From: Bigelowiella natans CCMP2755
Taxonomy: Eukaryota > Protista > Cercozoa
DNA length: 64,000 nucleotides
NCBI GenBank assembly: GCA_000320545.1
Contig: ADNK01003292.1
Location: 1,781-65,780 of the forward strand
Direction of reading: 5' to 3'
The notes under the pieces are model-generated. The model worked only from the letters and a program-made list of their open reading frames with translations, had not been told where the DNA came from and did no database searches. A program made the position numbers and the translations under genes. Every line of letters begins with the position of its first letter. The first letter of the stretch is position 1. Shown here piece after piece: positions 62,424 to 64,000 of this stretch.

Positions 62424-62471
<48 letters not shown>

Positions 62472-62540
62472 GCGGGGCTGGGCAACGGAACGACAGGGTA
62501 GACAAATATGTAATAGCAGTAGTCTTAGTAGTAGTAGTAA

Positions 62541-62575
<35 letters not shown>

Positions 62576-62857
62576 AGTAGTAGTATATCTGCGACACCAT
62601 GCCTTTAAAGTTAATCTAGAAACAAATCTCCACTCAAGTACTATTGTGTACGGCGTATGTAATGGATCGAAGCCCATTGATTATTGATGAGCTTTCGCAA
62701 TAATAACTAGCTACTCGGTCCTTCTTCCTCTCTCCCTTCCTCTTCCTTCGCTGTCGTCAGGCATCACCTTAAAAGAGTCGGAGAAGGAGCGTGAAATCAG
62801 AGAGCTGCATGAGGCCTTCCGGAAAGACCTTAAGGAGAGATATGACTTTGAGGTAAG

Positions 62858-62893
<36 letters not shown>

Positions 62894-63077
62894 CATAAAA
62901 ATATAATATGTGTATACATATACTGTGTGTATAAACATTATATATTATTATATGTACATATATATGTATTTTAATCAACCGGTCGCACCGGCCTTACTAA
63001 AAGAAGCAACAAAAATTAGAAAAAATGTTTCTAAAAAAACTTGAATTTTTAGAAGGCCATTTTCTAAAAAAAGGCCT

Positions 63078-63117
<40 letters not shown>

Positions 63118-63929
63118 TATATAAATTAACATGATACATGACAGAGAAGTGCATCCTCACATCTTTCTTCCTGTATGTATGCGTTCTTTCAGTGTCTCTT
63201 CGGTCATATTGTCGTCGTTGTCGCCGTTTAATGCTGTCTCTTCGGTCATATTGTCGTCGTTGTCGCCGTTTAATGCTGCTTTTTCTCTTGCCTCCTCCTC
63301 CTCCTCCTCCTCCTCCTCCTCCTGCTGCTGCTACAAATACAAAGATACAGGATATCAAGGGAGACGGCAACTGCCAGTTTCGATGCTTTGCTCACCAGGT
63401 CAATAGTGGCAAGAGCGATGATGAAGACAAAGAAGAAGAAGAAGAAGATGATGATGATGATGATAATAATAACGGTAATGATGATAATGGTGATGATAAT
63501 GACTGATGACGATGGCGGACTCAGCAGCAAAATAGAATCTGGGATTAGAAGAAGAAGAAGAAGAAGAAGAAGAAGAAGAAGAAGAGAATTAAATATATCT
63601 GCTTATACGATCAGATACATGATATGATGTCGTTGCTGGAGGAACACTGATAATTTGTTTTTTTTTAAAGAAAAGTTTTACTTAATATAGCAAAGTCATC
63701 GTTGCCATAACCCCCCTCCTCCTCCTCCTCCTCCTCCTCCTCCTCCTCCTCCTCCTCCTCCTCCTCCCACCTCCACGATGGGTACTCTTATCAGATCTAT
63801 GGTGACGATGAGAAGCACCTTACAGTGAGAAAGATGTGCTGCAACCATATCGGGGAACATAAGGAGGAGTTTGAAAACTTCATCTGCGTAGACTTTGAAG
63901 AATACCTTAAGAAAAAACGGACACCTTGC
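59469..63929 (+). CDS. OTU-family deubiquitinase with N-terminal UBA and about three Tudor/MBT-like repeats; multi-exon, 3'-partial
   Basis: UBA-like LSAMGFSENDCRKALKSTNYIEQEAVNILL; LDCRDKYGMWLEAEV..VLIHYNNWDSKWDEWI; KWFQGVITDI..VKVTY; IEVLDTAKKWLPAEV..LFVSYENWDS.WDEWI; OTU catalytic GDGNCQFRCFAHQ|IYGD..KH..VR (63351-63929). Confidence 0.85.
59578..59789 (+). repeat. Intronic tandem repeat, 53 bp x4
   Basis: Unit GGAAGAATATTCTCGAAATCCTTCACTCAACATTTCTGCACTCCATAATCATT starts at 59578, 59631, 59684 and 59737. Confidence 0.97.
63194..63278 (+). repeat. Intronic 42-bp tandem duplication
   Basis: TGTCTCTTCGGTCATATTGTCGTCGTTGTCGCCGTTTAATGC occurs twice. Confidence 0.9.
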
Positions 63930-63935
63930 GTAAGG

Positions 63936-63977
<42 letters not shown>

Positions 63978-64000
63978 CAGCAATATATACAGTTTTTTTG

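Overview
Intron-rich eukaryotic nuclear DNA with microsatellite-filled introns. An ALB3 gene with a signal-peptide plus Arg-rich leader and an axonemal Hydin gene suggest a flagellated alga with a secondary plastid (chlorarachniophyte-like; inference). Supported genes in order: RBR-type E3 ligase (5'-partial, +), ALB3 (-), peptidyl-serine galactosyltransferase/HPAT-like glycosyltransferase (+), divergent ARF-like GTPase (-), Hydin (+), U-box/SAM ORF (+, probably dead), polycystin-1-like REJ-GPS membrane protein (-), GNB1L/ASA1-like WD40 (+), EEP-family hydrolase (-), putative mitochondrial mS26-like protein (-), membrane class-3 lipase (+) and a UBA-Tudor-OTU deubiquitinase (3'-partial, +). 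The main unexplained signal is regional loss of TpA. Between about 34,040 and 36,580 I count by eye only six TpA, all inside CTAG. The ORF there has no tyrosine, and an adjacent duplication differs mainly by TA versus TG/CA. This points to targeted A-to-G hypermutation at TpA on both strands, sparing TAG. It is the reverse of fungal RIP, affects downstream intergenic/repeat DNA and spares live genes and divergent promoters. A small inverted-repeat (MITE-like) family is associated with two of these patches. Exon boundaries and all counts were read manually and are approximate.
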